A DNA stretch of 10,948 nucleotides. It comes from a virus (lineage: Duplodnaviria; Heunggongvirae; Uroviricota; Caudoviricetes). Both the position numbers and the translations under genes were made by a program. Shown one piece after another: positions 1-7,343 of the stretch. A model generated the notes under the pieces. The model had not been told where the DNA came from, searched no databases, and was given only the letters and a program-made list of their open reading frames with translations. The DNA lies in IMG/VR virus record IMGVR_UViG_3300039313_000009; one strand, 5' to 3'. The first letter of the stretch is position 1. Every line of letters starts with the position of its first letter.

Positions 1-94
1 CAAGGCATTTACGGGAGAAAAAATCGGCTCAAACATGAAGAAATGAAATGACTGAGTCAGCCGAGAAGAATTTCCCCGCTTATTCGCACCTTCC
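1..94 (+). mobile_element. IS5-type insertion sequence, terminal 94 bp of the transposase-distal end (terminal inverted repeat at 79..94); element body lies upstream of the window
   Basis: Bases 1..94 match from memory the 3' end of IS5, ending in cttattcgcaccttcc (reverse complement of the IS5 terminal repeat GGAAGGTGCGAATAAG). Bases 20..94 are a perfect reverse complement of 10874..10948. The flanking tetranucleotide CTAG (95..98) fits the IS5 YTAR target preference. Confidence 0.8.
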
Positions 95-111
95 CTAGAG
101 GCGGACGTTTT

Positions 112-1848
112 GTGGCAGAAGCTGTCGTTAAAGCTTTCAGCAGTGCGATCAAAGAAGGTTTTATCGAATATGAAAAACCATTCCTGATTGAGAGTGTTAC
201 GGATATCATAGGATCTGAGAGTGTTCAGGAATGTTTAAAATACCTTTCCGAACATGATAAGGTATTGACTATTTTCTTTGATCAGTTCGAAGAAGTCTTT
301 ATGAAAGAGGAACTATTCGGGCTATTTAAAGAATTTGAACGATTCGCACTCGATGTCTCGGCACTACAAAGCAATTTAGTTGTAGGGTTCTCATGGAGAA
401 CTGGTATTACTTTAGGGGATGAAAATCCAGCGTACTCAATGTGGAATCGGCTAAAAGATTATAGGGTTGAAAAGAAACTTGAGCCTTTTGATCTAAAAGA
501 TTCATCTAAATTAATTAATAGTTTCGAGCTAAATACAGGGTTTAAATTAAATAAACCTTTACGCACGCGTCTTATTCAGCAAGCTCAAGGTTATCCATGG
601 TTATTGAAAAAGCTTTGTATTCATGTATTCAAAAAACTAAAAGGAGGTATCTCACAGGATCAAATGTTGGTTAGTCAACTACAGATCTCAAATTTATTTC
701 ATGAGGATTTAGATAGGCCTGAAAAACAAAATTCATGTTTAAAATTTGTGGCAAAGAACTCTCCGATTAGTCAATATGAAGTTACTAAAGAGTTTGGGAG
801 TGATACTGTTTTAGAGCTAATTTCAGATAGGATGGTAATTAAAACAGGTGAAAAATTATCAGTGTATTGGGACGTTTTTCGAGATTACTTGAAAGGAAAT
901 GACCTTCCAGTTATACCATGGTCATATATGCCATCAACATCTCCGAAAATGGTTTTGTTAATTCTTGATGTTGTAAACTCGTTCAAAACCATTAGCTTGG
1001 ATGAACTGCAAACTAAACTAAAATATAGTCGGGGAACATTAATAAATGTTTTAATGGATTTGCAGTATTTTGTTCTCATAGACAGAGATTTAAATGGGAA
1101 TATAGTTTGTAAACAGACTATCACAAATGTCCCTGAGTTTCTTCGTGAGCATTTTAAGAGTCATAGTGTTTTGTTAGAATTGGCAGAGAATATTGTTGAT
1201 GCCGATTTAAGAAGAGTTCCTATCGATAAGTATGAATCTATAATAGCCCATACTTATAAGAATAAAGACGGTGGTTATCCTAAGTCTTATAGTTCAAAAT
1301 TATTGGCTTGGTTACAATTTACGGGGCTGATAGCGGTTATCGGGAAATCTGTGGTTATATATGATGGCGAGTTGTTTTCCCCAGCATTTGGGGCGATTGA
1401 TCTAGATAAAAGAGGGGCACGCAATAGAAGAGGATCACTTTTCTTAGCTGCTACTTCGCCAGAAAAAACACTCGAAGTTGCCGAGTATCTGTGCGCCAAT
1501 AAAAAAATGAGCCATTCATTCATTCAGGCGAATAAACATAGGAATGCAGTGCAGGATTTAATTTCTTTAGGTTTTTGTTCTCGACAAGATGATGGTGTGG
1601 TGATAAATAATAAAATAGAAGTTATATTAGAAAGCATCAGCCTTGAAAGGGCTTTAGCTAGGTTAGTCACTGAATCTCCAGCTATCAAAATATTAAATGC
1701 TTATGTAAATAAATTTGGCGATGATGATAAGAAAATGATGGGGGCAGCACTAGCAAAAGAACTTGAGAGAACATGGACACCTGCATCTACTACTAGATAT
1801 ATTTATGCACTAATGAGATATCGAAATTTCGCATTGGAAACTTTATAA
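112..1848 (+). CDS. STAND/AAA+-like NTPase, 5'-truncated fragment (IS5-disrupted; probably a pseudogene); winged-helix-like C-terminal region
   Basis: 578-aa ORF with Walker-B-like VLTIFFDQFEE near its start and a GxP-like QGYPWLL motif further on, but no P-loop anywhere. The reading frame stays open upstream of the GTG at 112 right through the IS5 junction (first in-frame stop at 49..51), so the P-loop region is expected to have been removed by the insertion. Stop TAA at 1846..1848. Confidence 0.5.
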   Translation: MAEAVVKAFSSAIKEGFIEYEKPFLIESVTDIIGSESVQECLKYLSEHDKVLTIFFDQFEEVFMKEELFGLFKEFERFALDVSALQSNLVVGFSWRTGITLGDENPAYSMWNRLKDYRVEKKLEPFDLKDSSKLINSFELNTGFKLNKPLRTRLIQQAQGYPWLLKKLCIHVFKKLKGGISQDQMLVSQLQISNLFHEDLDRPEKQNSCLKFVAKNSPISQYEVTKEFGSDTVLELISDRMVIKTGEKLSVYWDVFRDYLKGNDLPVIPWSYMPSTSPKMVLLILDVVNSFKTISLDELQTKLKYSRGTLINVLMDLQYFVLIDRDLNGNIVCKQTITNVPEFLREHFKSHSVLLELAENIVDADLRRVPIDKYESIIAHTYKNKDGGYPKSYSSKLLAWLQFTGLIAVIGKSVVIYDGELFSPAFGAIDLDKRGARNRRGSLFLAATSPEKTLEVAEYLCANKKMSHSFIQANKHRNAVQDLISLGFCSRQDDGVVINNKIEVILESISLERALARLVTESPAIKILNAYVNKFGDDDKKMMGAALAKELERTWTPASTTRYIYALMRYRNFALETL

Positions 1849-1857
1849 TTATTAAAT

Positions 1858-1877
1858 CATAGGGCGAAAGCCCTATG
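1858..1877. terminator. Bidirectional hairpin between convergent genes (NTPase fragment and integrase)
   Basis: Perfect 8-bp stem catagggc / gccctatg with gaaa loop, followed by a T-rich tract on the plus strand; it overlaps the integrase stop codon. Confidence 0.55.
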
Positions 1878-3060
1878 ATTTTACTTTTATACCCCACCAT
1901 GACATCAATTCTCTGCGTTGTTCTAAATAAATAGAACGATTATACGCCCGCCGTACTTCATTTTTATCTATATGCGCTAAAGCTGATTCTATAATATCGG
2001 AATTAAAACCAGACTCGTTCAACGCTGTGCTAGCTATAGAACGAAGCCCATGAGCAACGAGTTTACCGCCATAACCAATCCTTTTAAGAGCAGCATTAGC
2101 AGTTTGGCTATTCATAGGTTGTTTAGGATCATTCCTGCTGGGAAAAACATGTTCTCGGTGAGCGCTAATTGGCTTCATTACATCCAGAATCTCTAATGCC
2201 TGTGGTGATAAAGGAACAATGTGTTCCCGCTTAGCTTTCATCCGTTCGGCTGGAATAGTCCAGAGCTTCGTATCGAGATCGATCTCTGCCCAACGGGCAC
2301 CAGAGGCCTCAGAAGGGCGCACGAGCGTCAGGAGTTGCCATTCAATGAGACAGCGAGTCGGAACAGACAGATTTGACATGACTAAAGAACGCATCAGCTT
2401 CGGCAATTCTTCTGGCCGCAGCGTCGGCATGTTTTGTTTTTTGGGCTTCTCAAAGGCCATTCCAATACCTGATGCTGGATTGGCATCAATCAGACCAGTG
2501 TTTACGGCATAAATCATTATCTCGTTAATACGCTGCACTAGTCGACGTACAGTCTCAAGCGCTCCACGAGCTTTGATTGGTTCCAATGCTTCAACTAATA
2601 TTCGGGCTTTAATTTGCTGAACGGGGATCTCACCGATGGCAGGGAATACATCTTTCTCCAATGAGCGCCAAATGTCTTTTGCGTAATCAGGGGTAACGCT
2701 TTTACTTTTGAGCTGGAACCAGTTAGCGGCGACCATTGAGAAAATACTGTCCAGAGCGATTTGCTGCTGTTCCTCTGCAACTTCGGCCTGAATTTGTGGG
2801 TCAATTCCGTTGGCTAACAAGGCAAGGTAATCCGCTCTTAACCCTCGGGCGTCAGCAAGTGAAAGGGCGGGGAAAGCACCAAGCCCCATCATTGTCCGCT
2901 GTTTTGTCGCTGGACGTTGATAACGGAAACGCCAGAGCTTTTTCCCGCTGGTTTTCACTATCAGGAAAAGGCCATCGCCATCATGCAGAGTTAGATCCTT
3001 CTCTAACGCTTTAGCGCGAAGAACTTCGGTGTTGGTAAGGGGGCGTGTTGTCCGTGCCAC
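1873..3060 (-). CDS. int: P4-type tyrosine integrase (IntA/CP4-57-like family)
   Basis: 395-aa ORF. N-terminus MARTTRPLT..DGDGLFL..SGKKLWRFRY is typical of P4-like integrases; C-terminus has HGLRS and ALAH..VRRAYNRS motifs consistent with the tyrosine-recombinase active site. It lies about 185 bp downstream of an ssrA 3'-end repeat in the same orientation, as for ssrA/tRNA-associated islands. Confidence 0.9.
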   Translation of the reverse strand: MARTTRPLTNTEVLRAKALEKDLTLHDGDGLFLIVKTSGKKLWRFRYQRPATKQRTMMGLGAFPALSLADARGLRADYLALLANGIDPQIQAEVAEEQQQIALDSIFSMVAANWFQLKSKSVTPDYAKDIWRSLEKDVFPAIGEIPVQQIKARILVEALEPIKARGALETVRRLVQRINEIMIYAVNTGLIDANPASGIGMAFEKPKKQNMPTLRPEELPKLMRSLVMSNLSVPTRCLIEWQLLTLVRPSEASGARWAEIDLDTKLWTIPAERMKAKREHIVPLSPQALEILDVMKPISAHREHVFPSRNDPKQPMNSQTANAALKRIGYGGKLVAHGLRSIASTALNESGFNSDIIESALAHIDKNEVRRAYNRSIYLEQRRELMSWWGIKVKS

Positions 3061-3083
3061 TGTGGCCGCTCCTTCATGAATTG

Positions 3084-3129
3084 GTATACGCTTTTAGGTA
3101 TACATCCTACCGTATACCTAAACGTATAC
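3084..3129. repeat. Array of four GTATAC(C) motifs with 12-14 bp periodicity, directly upstream of the P4-type integrase start; candidate arm-type or regulatory sites
   Basis: GTATAC at 3084, 3098, 3112 and 3124; the last two copies are CGTATACC within a near-direct repeat. Confidence 0.4.
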
Positions 3130-3172
3130 CAATAATCACCGGATTTAGCCGGATGTTCTCGGACAACGACAG

Positions 3173-3214
3173 ACACAAAAAAGCCCGCAGGGCTTGTGCC
3201 ATGCGGGCTTTCTG
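3173..3214 (-). terminator. Rho-independent terminator on the minus strand (GC hairpin followed by a U-run), between the ssrA-derived repeat and the integrase
   Basis: Plus-strand aagcccgcagggctt (3181..3195) and alternative pairing gcccgca / tgcgggc (3183..3189 with 3202..3208). On the minus strand the hairpin is followed by TTTTTTGTG (complement of 3173..3180). Confidence 0.5.
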
Positions 3215-3245
3215 TACTTCACCGGACGTATCCGGATCATGATTT

Positions 3246-3275
3246 GGTGGAGCTGGCGGGAGTTGAACCCGCGTT
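3246..3275 (-). other. Attachment-site repeat: the 3'-terminal ~30 nt of the tmRNA gene ssrA (T-arm, acceptor 3' strand and CCA), without the rest of the gene
   Basis: The reverse complement of 3246..3275 reads acgcgggttcaactcccgccagctccacca, matching from memory the 3' end of E. coli ssrA. Sequence beyond 3275 shows no tmRNA-like continuation, so this is a partial copy (att direct repeat), not a functional gene. Confidence 0.75.
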
Positions 3276-3330
3276 CTATTAATGGTAAATAACTGTAATT
3301 TATAGCTTTTATTTGAAGTAGATCACATGC

Positions 3331-3377
3331 GTATCCTTTGTGGATACTTGAGGTATATGTTATATATAAAACATATA
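3331..3377. promoter_or_regulatory. AT-rich promoter region of the DarT-like operon with two palindromes (candidate operators)
   Basis: gtatcc-N5-ggatac at 3331..3347 and tatatgtt-N8-aacatata at 3354..3377, sitting 25-70 bp upstream of the ATG at 3403 among TATA-like hexamers. Confidence 0.4.
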
Positions 3378-3402
3378 TTTACATGAAGTAAATGGATGTT
3401 TT

Positions 3403-4026
3403 ATGACAATACAGGAAATAATTCAGCAACGTAATATTCGTAGCTTGTTTCATTTTACACATAGCGATAATCTAACTTCCATTTTAGATAATGGCCTTAT
3501 GTCTCGTTCAGAACTTGATAATGAAAATAATGAATATAATTATAATGATGAAGAAAGGATTGATGGTCATCCAGATGCGATTTGTTTGTCCGTAAGTTAC
3601 CCTAATGCAAAAATGTTTTATAAATATAGATGTTTAAAGCCTGGGGGCTGGGTTATATTAGAAATCAATCCATCTGTTCTTTGGGCTAAGGATTGCGCTT
3701 TTTATCCTACCAACGCAGCTTCGAATAACGTTCGTTTTATAAATATTGATTTGATGAAAGGAGCTGAGGCATTTAGTGCTTTGTTTTCAGAGAATGTTTT
3801 TGGGATTCAGAGAGATGTAAACCTTCCAAGTGAGTATACGACGGATGTTCAAGCTGAAATACTGGTATTTGAAAAAATTCCTCCCTCATATATTATAAGC
3901 ACTTTTCACCCTAACAAAGAATCTGCTGAACATTTCAAGAGATTATATCCACAGACAATACAGAGATCTTATGATAATCTTAATGCTAGAACATTTTATT
4001 CTCAGAGGCATTATTATTTAGGATAA
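3403..4026 (+). CDS. darT: DarT-like DNA ADP-ribosyltransferase toxin (DUF4433-type)
   Basis: 207 aa. LFHFTHSDNLTSILDNGL (residues 15-32) parallels the recalled DarT N-terminal motif (for example LFHITHMDNLPSILTSGL); QAEILVF (150-156) parallels the catalytic-glutamate motif; central CAFYPTNAASNNVRF resembles the conserved mid-region. AT-rich codon usage unlike the flanking prophage genes. Confidence 0.7.
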   Translation: MTIQEIIQQRNIRSLFHFTHSDNLTSILDNGLMSRSELDNENNEYNYNDEERIDGHPDAICLSVSYPNAKMFYKYRCLKPGGWVILEINPSVLWAKDCAFYPTNAASNNVRFINIDLMKGAEAFSALFSENVFGIQRDVNLPSEYTTDVQAEILVFEKIPPSYIISTFHPNKESAEHFKRLYPQTIQRSYDNLNARTFYSQRHYYLG

Positions 4027-4029
4027 GTT

Positions 4030-4719
4030 ATGGCCGTTAGACCTGTTTTCGTCCCTACAAACGCAGGGAACTTACTATCGATCACGAAGGATGTGGATTT
4101 TCCTTGGGCTCCTGGTATGTCTAAAACGCAAAAGCAAAAATCGATCAGGGCGTTACATACAGCAGCGAATGAGCAGGGATTGAACTCTTTGTTGGAAATT
4201 TCTAGTAAATCCGAAGATGCGCTGGGGGTAGCACTTAGTGCATTTAATCTAAGAATAAAGACGAAAAGACTTGGGAAAGAGTTTACAGTTGAATCTGCAT
4301 TTCAAGCAAGTAAAGTATTTGAAATGGGAGGACCATATGTCGATATCTTAGATAAAAGCTCGATAGAAGCAAAAAAAGATATGAGATTAAAGGAATCTGG
4401 GGGATTAGTTAACTTCAAATTTTATAATACAATATGGCCCATTGTCCCCAGGACTGCTTTTTATGATTGGTTATATTTGAGTGCGCTCAATCAAAACAAA
4501 AATCTAGCACTCCATCTATTAAATTTTGATGGATTTACTGATATTGAATTTAATCCAGCGAAATCTATTAATTGCCAAGCCAGAGCAGCTGCACTTTTTG
4601 TCTCTTTAGTAAGACGAAATATGTTAGATGATGTTTTATCTTCAAAGGATGGTTTTTTATCAAAATTAGCATCTCATTATGGTGTTGAAAATTATTCTAT
4701 TCAACATACATTGATATGA
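4030..4719 (+). CDS. Operon partner of the DarT-like gene: NADAR-like (YbiA/DUF1768-type) candidate ADP-ribosyl hydrolase antitoxin; no macrodomain signature
   Basis: 229 aa. Translationally coupled (3-nt gap, AGGA Shine-Dalgarno overlapping the upstream stop). LSAF..KEFTVESAFQASKVF aligns by eye with the YbiA motif FSNF..WPTSEHYFQAQKF, followed by SSIEAKKDM versus SSPMVAARM and a W...L..LL region. No DarG-like glycine-rich macrodomain motifs are visible. Confidence 0.5.
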   Translation: MAVRPVFVPTNAGNLLSITKDVDFPWAPGMSKTQKQKSIRALHTAANEQGLNSLLEISSKSEDALGVALSAFNLRIKTKRLGKEFTVESAFQASKVFEMGGPYVDILDKSSIEAKKDMRLKESGGLVNFKFYNTIWPIVPRTAFYDWLYLSALNQNKNLALHLLNFDGFTDIEFNPAKSINCQARAAALFVSLVRRNMLDDVLSSKDGFLSKLASHYGVENYSIQHTLI

Positions 4720-4721
4720 AT

Positions 4722-4745
4722 AATGGCCTGTAAAGGCCATTTTTA
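4722..4745. terminator. Bidirectional terminator hairpin between the DarT-like operon and the convergent lambdoid integrase
   Basis: Stem aatggcct / aggccatt with gtaa loop, followed by TTTT on the plus strand. Confidence 0.6.
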
Positions 4746-4751
4746 TCTAAA

Positions 4752-5921
4752 TTAATATCTATTTTTTCTATTTAAAGATGTATTTCCATCATATTCTTTG
4801 AGGTATGAGCCATAATGTCTAAATAACATCTCTGGTCCTTTATGACCCATTTGAACCGCAAGCCAAAACAGGTTTGCTCCCCGGCTGATATGGCTGGTGG
4901 CGAATGTATGTCTGGTTTGATATGGGTTTCTGTAACGAATACCTGCTTTCCGCAATGTTGGCACCCATGCTTTTTTTCTAATTGCATCAGCACTTGCCCA
5001 AGGCTTATTGGTCTTTGGATCTTCAAAGACTGTAGCATCCTTCATGAATGTAAATGGCTTCTGATTTATCAGCGCCAACATTGCATCTTCTGTCAGTTCA
5101 ACTTTACGAGTACCGGCTTTTGTCTTTGTTCCTTTGATAACACCGACAACACTTGCGCTCTGGACATGGGCAGTTTTTCCAACAAAGTCGATATCACGCC
5201 ATCGAAGGGCACATAATTCAGAACTACGCAGGCCTGTATGTATAGCGAACCGGAACAGATTCTCCCATTGTTTGTTTCCGGCTGCTGCTAGTAATGCATC
5301 AACTTCTGCTGGTGATAGCGGATCAACCACGTAGCTGCTTTCTGCTTCTGACTTATCACTTTGGTAGCGCGAAGCAGTTACCAACGATACGGGGTTAATT
5401 TGAAGTACCCCATCGGTTACGGCTTCATCAAGTGCTGACCGCAGGAAAGATAACTGGTTGCGAATTGTTTTTAAGGTCGTTTTCTGGCTTTGAATCCACG
5501 CTTTCAGGATTGCTGGTGTTAATTCACTTGCAGGGCAAATGTGGAGTGAGGCTAACGCACTACGGCATTTTTTATAACCACCAATCGTAGATGGTGAAAG
5601 TTTTCTCGTTTCGCAGATTTCAAGGTATTCGTCCAGGTACATTTTTACCGTTTTGCCTGCAGCAGCATTACCAAAAATTTTCAAACGAGCAGAACGGGGA
5701 AAATATTCCGCATAAATGAATGTTCCCCTTTCGATCTTATTATGAATTTCGCCGAGTGTGCGCTCGGCGTATTTAATGTTCTTTGGTGTTACTTCCAGAT
5801 TGGAAAGAGGCTCACGACATCTAACTCCTTTGTAGGTGAAAGTTATATTGATCGTTTCGCCCTGGCGGTGTTTCCTGATTGTTACGCCGCGCGGTAGTTT
5901 GAGCAGTTTTGTCTGGCCCAT
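4752..5921 (-). CDS. int: Lambdoid-type tyrosine integrase with an N-terminal arm-binding domain
   Basis: 389 aa. C-terminal motifs TRHTFAT, MGH and FRHYGSYL fit the R-H-R-Y tyrosine-recombinase active site. The N-terminus (KLPRGVTIRKH..ITFTYKGVRCRE) is arm-binding-like. GAGG Shine-Dalgarno 8 nt upstream; its 5' end overlaps the xis-like gene. Confidence 0.9.
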   Translation of the reverse strand: MGQTKLLKLPRGVTIRKHRQGETINITFTYKGVRCREPLSNLEVTPKNIKYAERTLGEIHNKIERGTFIYAEYFPRSARLKIFGNAAAGKTVKMYLDEYLEICETRKLSPSTIGGYKKCRSALASLHICPASELTPAILKAWIQSQKTTLKTIRNQLSFLRSALDEAVTDGVLQINPVSLVTASRYQSDKSEAESSYVVDPLSPAEVDALLAAAGNKQWENLFRFAIHTGLRSSELCALRWRDIDFVGKTAHVQSASVVGVIKGTKTKAGTRKVELTEDAMLALINQKPFTFMKDATVFEDPKTNKPWASADAIRKKAWVPTLRKAGIRYRNPYQTRHTFATSHISRGANLFWLAVQMGHKGPEMLFRHYGSYLKEYDGNTSLNRKNRY

Positions 5922-6088
5922 TTTGCAACCTCACTAAGATCAATCCACCTCTCCTTAACGCCTTCAACCTTTAAAACCTGAACACCTTCACGCCAAACAC
6001 CGCGCTGTACACGTTTGTTTATTGCTTCAGGAGTTTCGCCAGTTTCTTTGCAATAAGTTGAGATTGGAACACAATCGAGGTTCAGCAT
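5882..6088 (-). CDS. xis: Excisionase-like small DNA-binding protein (recombination directionality factor); start reassigned to ATG 6088 (the ORF track begins at GTG 6100)
   Basis: About 68 aa, immediately upstream of and overlapping the integrase 5' end, as is typical for xis-int pairs. GGAG Shine-Dalgarno 7 nt upstream of ATG 6088. Basic, helix-turn-helix-like composition. Confidence 0.55.
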   Translation of the reverse strand: MLNLDCVPISTYCKETGETPEAINKRVQRGVWREGVQVLKVEGVKERWIDLSEVAKWARQNCSNYRAA

Positions 6089-6147
6089 ATGTTTCTCCAC
6101 TTAGCCCGCTGCACACGGGCAGTAATATCAAATTCCAGTCCTGATAA

Positions 6148-6363
6148 TTAATTTTGTTCCCTGGTTGCTACCTGTTTTATTGGCCTGATGCTGTCCAGTA
6201 GCAGACGGCGACGCATGTTAGGTGCCCCCCAACGGTAACCAGTCTTTTTGTCGTAGGATTCACAACGTCCGGCAACCCAGGACGTTTCAGTGGAATGTAA
6301 TTTCATCCGCTTTTCACCGTCTCGGGTGATAACAATTCCTGTATGAGTTTTTATCACGCTCAT
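6148..6363 (-). CDS. Small hypothetical phage protein (71 aa) in the early-left operon
   Basis: ATG at 6363 overlaps the upstream gene stop (ATGA overlap); same-strand operon context. No recognisable motif. Confidence 0.4.
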   Translation of the reverse strand: MSVIKTHTGIVITRDGEKRMKLHSTETSWVAGRCESYDKKTGYRWGAPNMRRRLLLDSIRPIKQVATREQN

Positions 6364-6722
6364 TTCTTAGTCTCTGGTGCTTTCGGCATTACTGCCCAGT
6401 GAGTGATATTGACGTTTTCAAGGTCCCCGACCTGAAATGTCCACTGCCATTCTCCGGTTTCTTTTTGTCCCCAGGTGTACCAGAGAGAACGCCAGCCAAT
6501 CAGCCAGCCTTCTCCGTTGGCATCAAATAACAGAACACTTTCATTTGCTGGTGGCAGTTCAGCTGACACTGGTATTATTTTGCTTTCCAGTGCCGCACAT
6601 TTAGCTTCAAGCGCGTCGAATTTACGTACCAGGTACTCAGCATTTGTTTCGTTCACTTTCAGATCTCGCGGTACACATTTCCCGCGAAGAAACCCTTCCA
6701 TTTCGAAAACATTTATGCGCAT
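6360..6722 (-). CDS. yfdS: yfdS-like lambdoid prophage protein (120 aa; DUF551-type, family recalled from memory)
   Basis: 120-aa ORF with a Trp-rich C-terminus (GEWQWTF..THWAVMP). GGAG Shine-Dalgarno 9 nt upstream of ATG 6722. Gene order and sizes mirror the yfdP-Q-R-S module (120/274/178/120 aa) of E. coli CPS-53, as recalled. Confidence 0.5.
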   Translation of the reverse strand: MRINVFEMEGFLRGKCVPRDLKVNETNAEYLVRKFDALEAKCAALESKIIPVSAELPPANESVLLFDANGEGWLIGWRSLWYTWGQKETGEWQWTFQVGDLENVNITHWAVMPKAPETKK

Positions 6723-7249
6723 TTGCGTAACTCCGATAATTCGTTAAAGCGTTCCATAAACATCCCGTAGGCATGGCCTGGAGCCAGTGGAATCACGTTG
6801 AACATCTCTGTTGCCGGGATACCTTCCAGCACAGGCCAGAAAGAGCCATCATCAAGCCCGAGATCGCGGCGTTCGGTTGCCAGCATGATGAGATCGGCAT
6901 ATTTCACGGGCGTACTCATAACTGGGGGTAACCCGTATTTCTCACGGATTACGGCGTCTATTTTTTCTTCCATCCGTTTATAGTCAGGAAGAAGGCGTTT
7001 CAGTGGAGCGGGGATGTCCTGGCAATATGCTTCTGTTGCATCATGCATTAACGCTTCAAAAGCAAATTCCTGCGGTACCAGCTGGCTGCAAAGCACCGCA
7101 TGTTGGGCGACGCTGTAGAAGTGTGAAAGATGCCCTGCAAAGCGACAGATATTTGAAAGGGAAACCGCGATATCGTTAATAACGATGTCGTCTTTATTTA
7201 TCTTGTCATAATAAAAATGCTTCCCGGAAAAAGTTTTAATAAATGACAT
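6713..7249 (-). CDS. yfdR: HD-domain phosphohydrolase, yfdR-like 5'-deoxynucleotidase; start reassigned to ATG 7249
   Basis: 178 aa from MSFIKTF. GGAG Shine-Dalgarno 6 nt upstream of ATG 7249. H..HD-type metal-binding residues (AGHLSH, ALMHDATEAY). The 38-codon extension in the ORF track (to 7363) has no ribosome-binding site. Confidence 0.6.
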   Translation of the reverse strand: MSFIKTFSGKHFYYDKINKDDIVINDIAVSLSNICRFAGHLSHFYSVAQHAVLCSQLVPQEFAFEALMHDATEAYCQDIPAPLKRLLPDYKRMEEKIDAVIREKYGLPPVMSTPVKYADLIMLATERRDLGLDDGSFWPVLEGIPATEMFNVIPLAPGHAYGMFMERFNELSELRKCA

Positions 7250-7343
7250 TTTGTTCTCCTCGTTATGTGCGCTGCACCGCACTGAATTTTGGCAAAAGGA
7301 AGCCCTCACCACCCGGCGATTATTGAGTAAATTATGTTTCCAT

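Noticed and set aside
885-1523. Minus-strand ORFs 885..1124 and 1287..1523 inside the NTPase fragment
   Set aside because: Antisense to a long continuous ORF; no independent support.
2219-3014. Plus-strand ORFs of 69-97 aa inside the P4-type integrase gene (2219..2512, 2736..3014) and the minus-strand ORF 2595..2804
   Set aside because: They lie wholly within a well-supported integrase CDS, have no ribosome-binding sites and give low-complexity translations; treated as frame artefacts.
3045-3242. 65-aa plus-strand ORF upstream of the P4-type integrase
   Set aside because: It spans the GTATAC repeat array and the terminator hairpins, has no ribosome-binding site and overlaps the integrase start; the sequence there is better explained as regulatory DNA.
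3246-3275. A complete tmRNA or tRNA gene
   Set aside because: Only about 30 nt of the 3' end match; the upstream sequence has no D-arm, anticodon region or tmRNA body, so it is an att repeat and not a functional RNA gene.
4030-4719. DarG-type macrodomain in the DarT partner
   Set aside because: No glycine-rich macrodomain motifs are visible; the core aligns better with the NADAR/YbiA signature, so the macrodomain call was dropped.
4772-5334. ORFs overlapping the lambdoid integrase (4772..5038 minus, 4842..5216 plus, 5134..5334 plus)
   Set aside because: Embedded in the integrase CDS, with Cys/Ser-rich low-complexity products and no start context.
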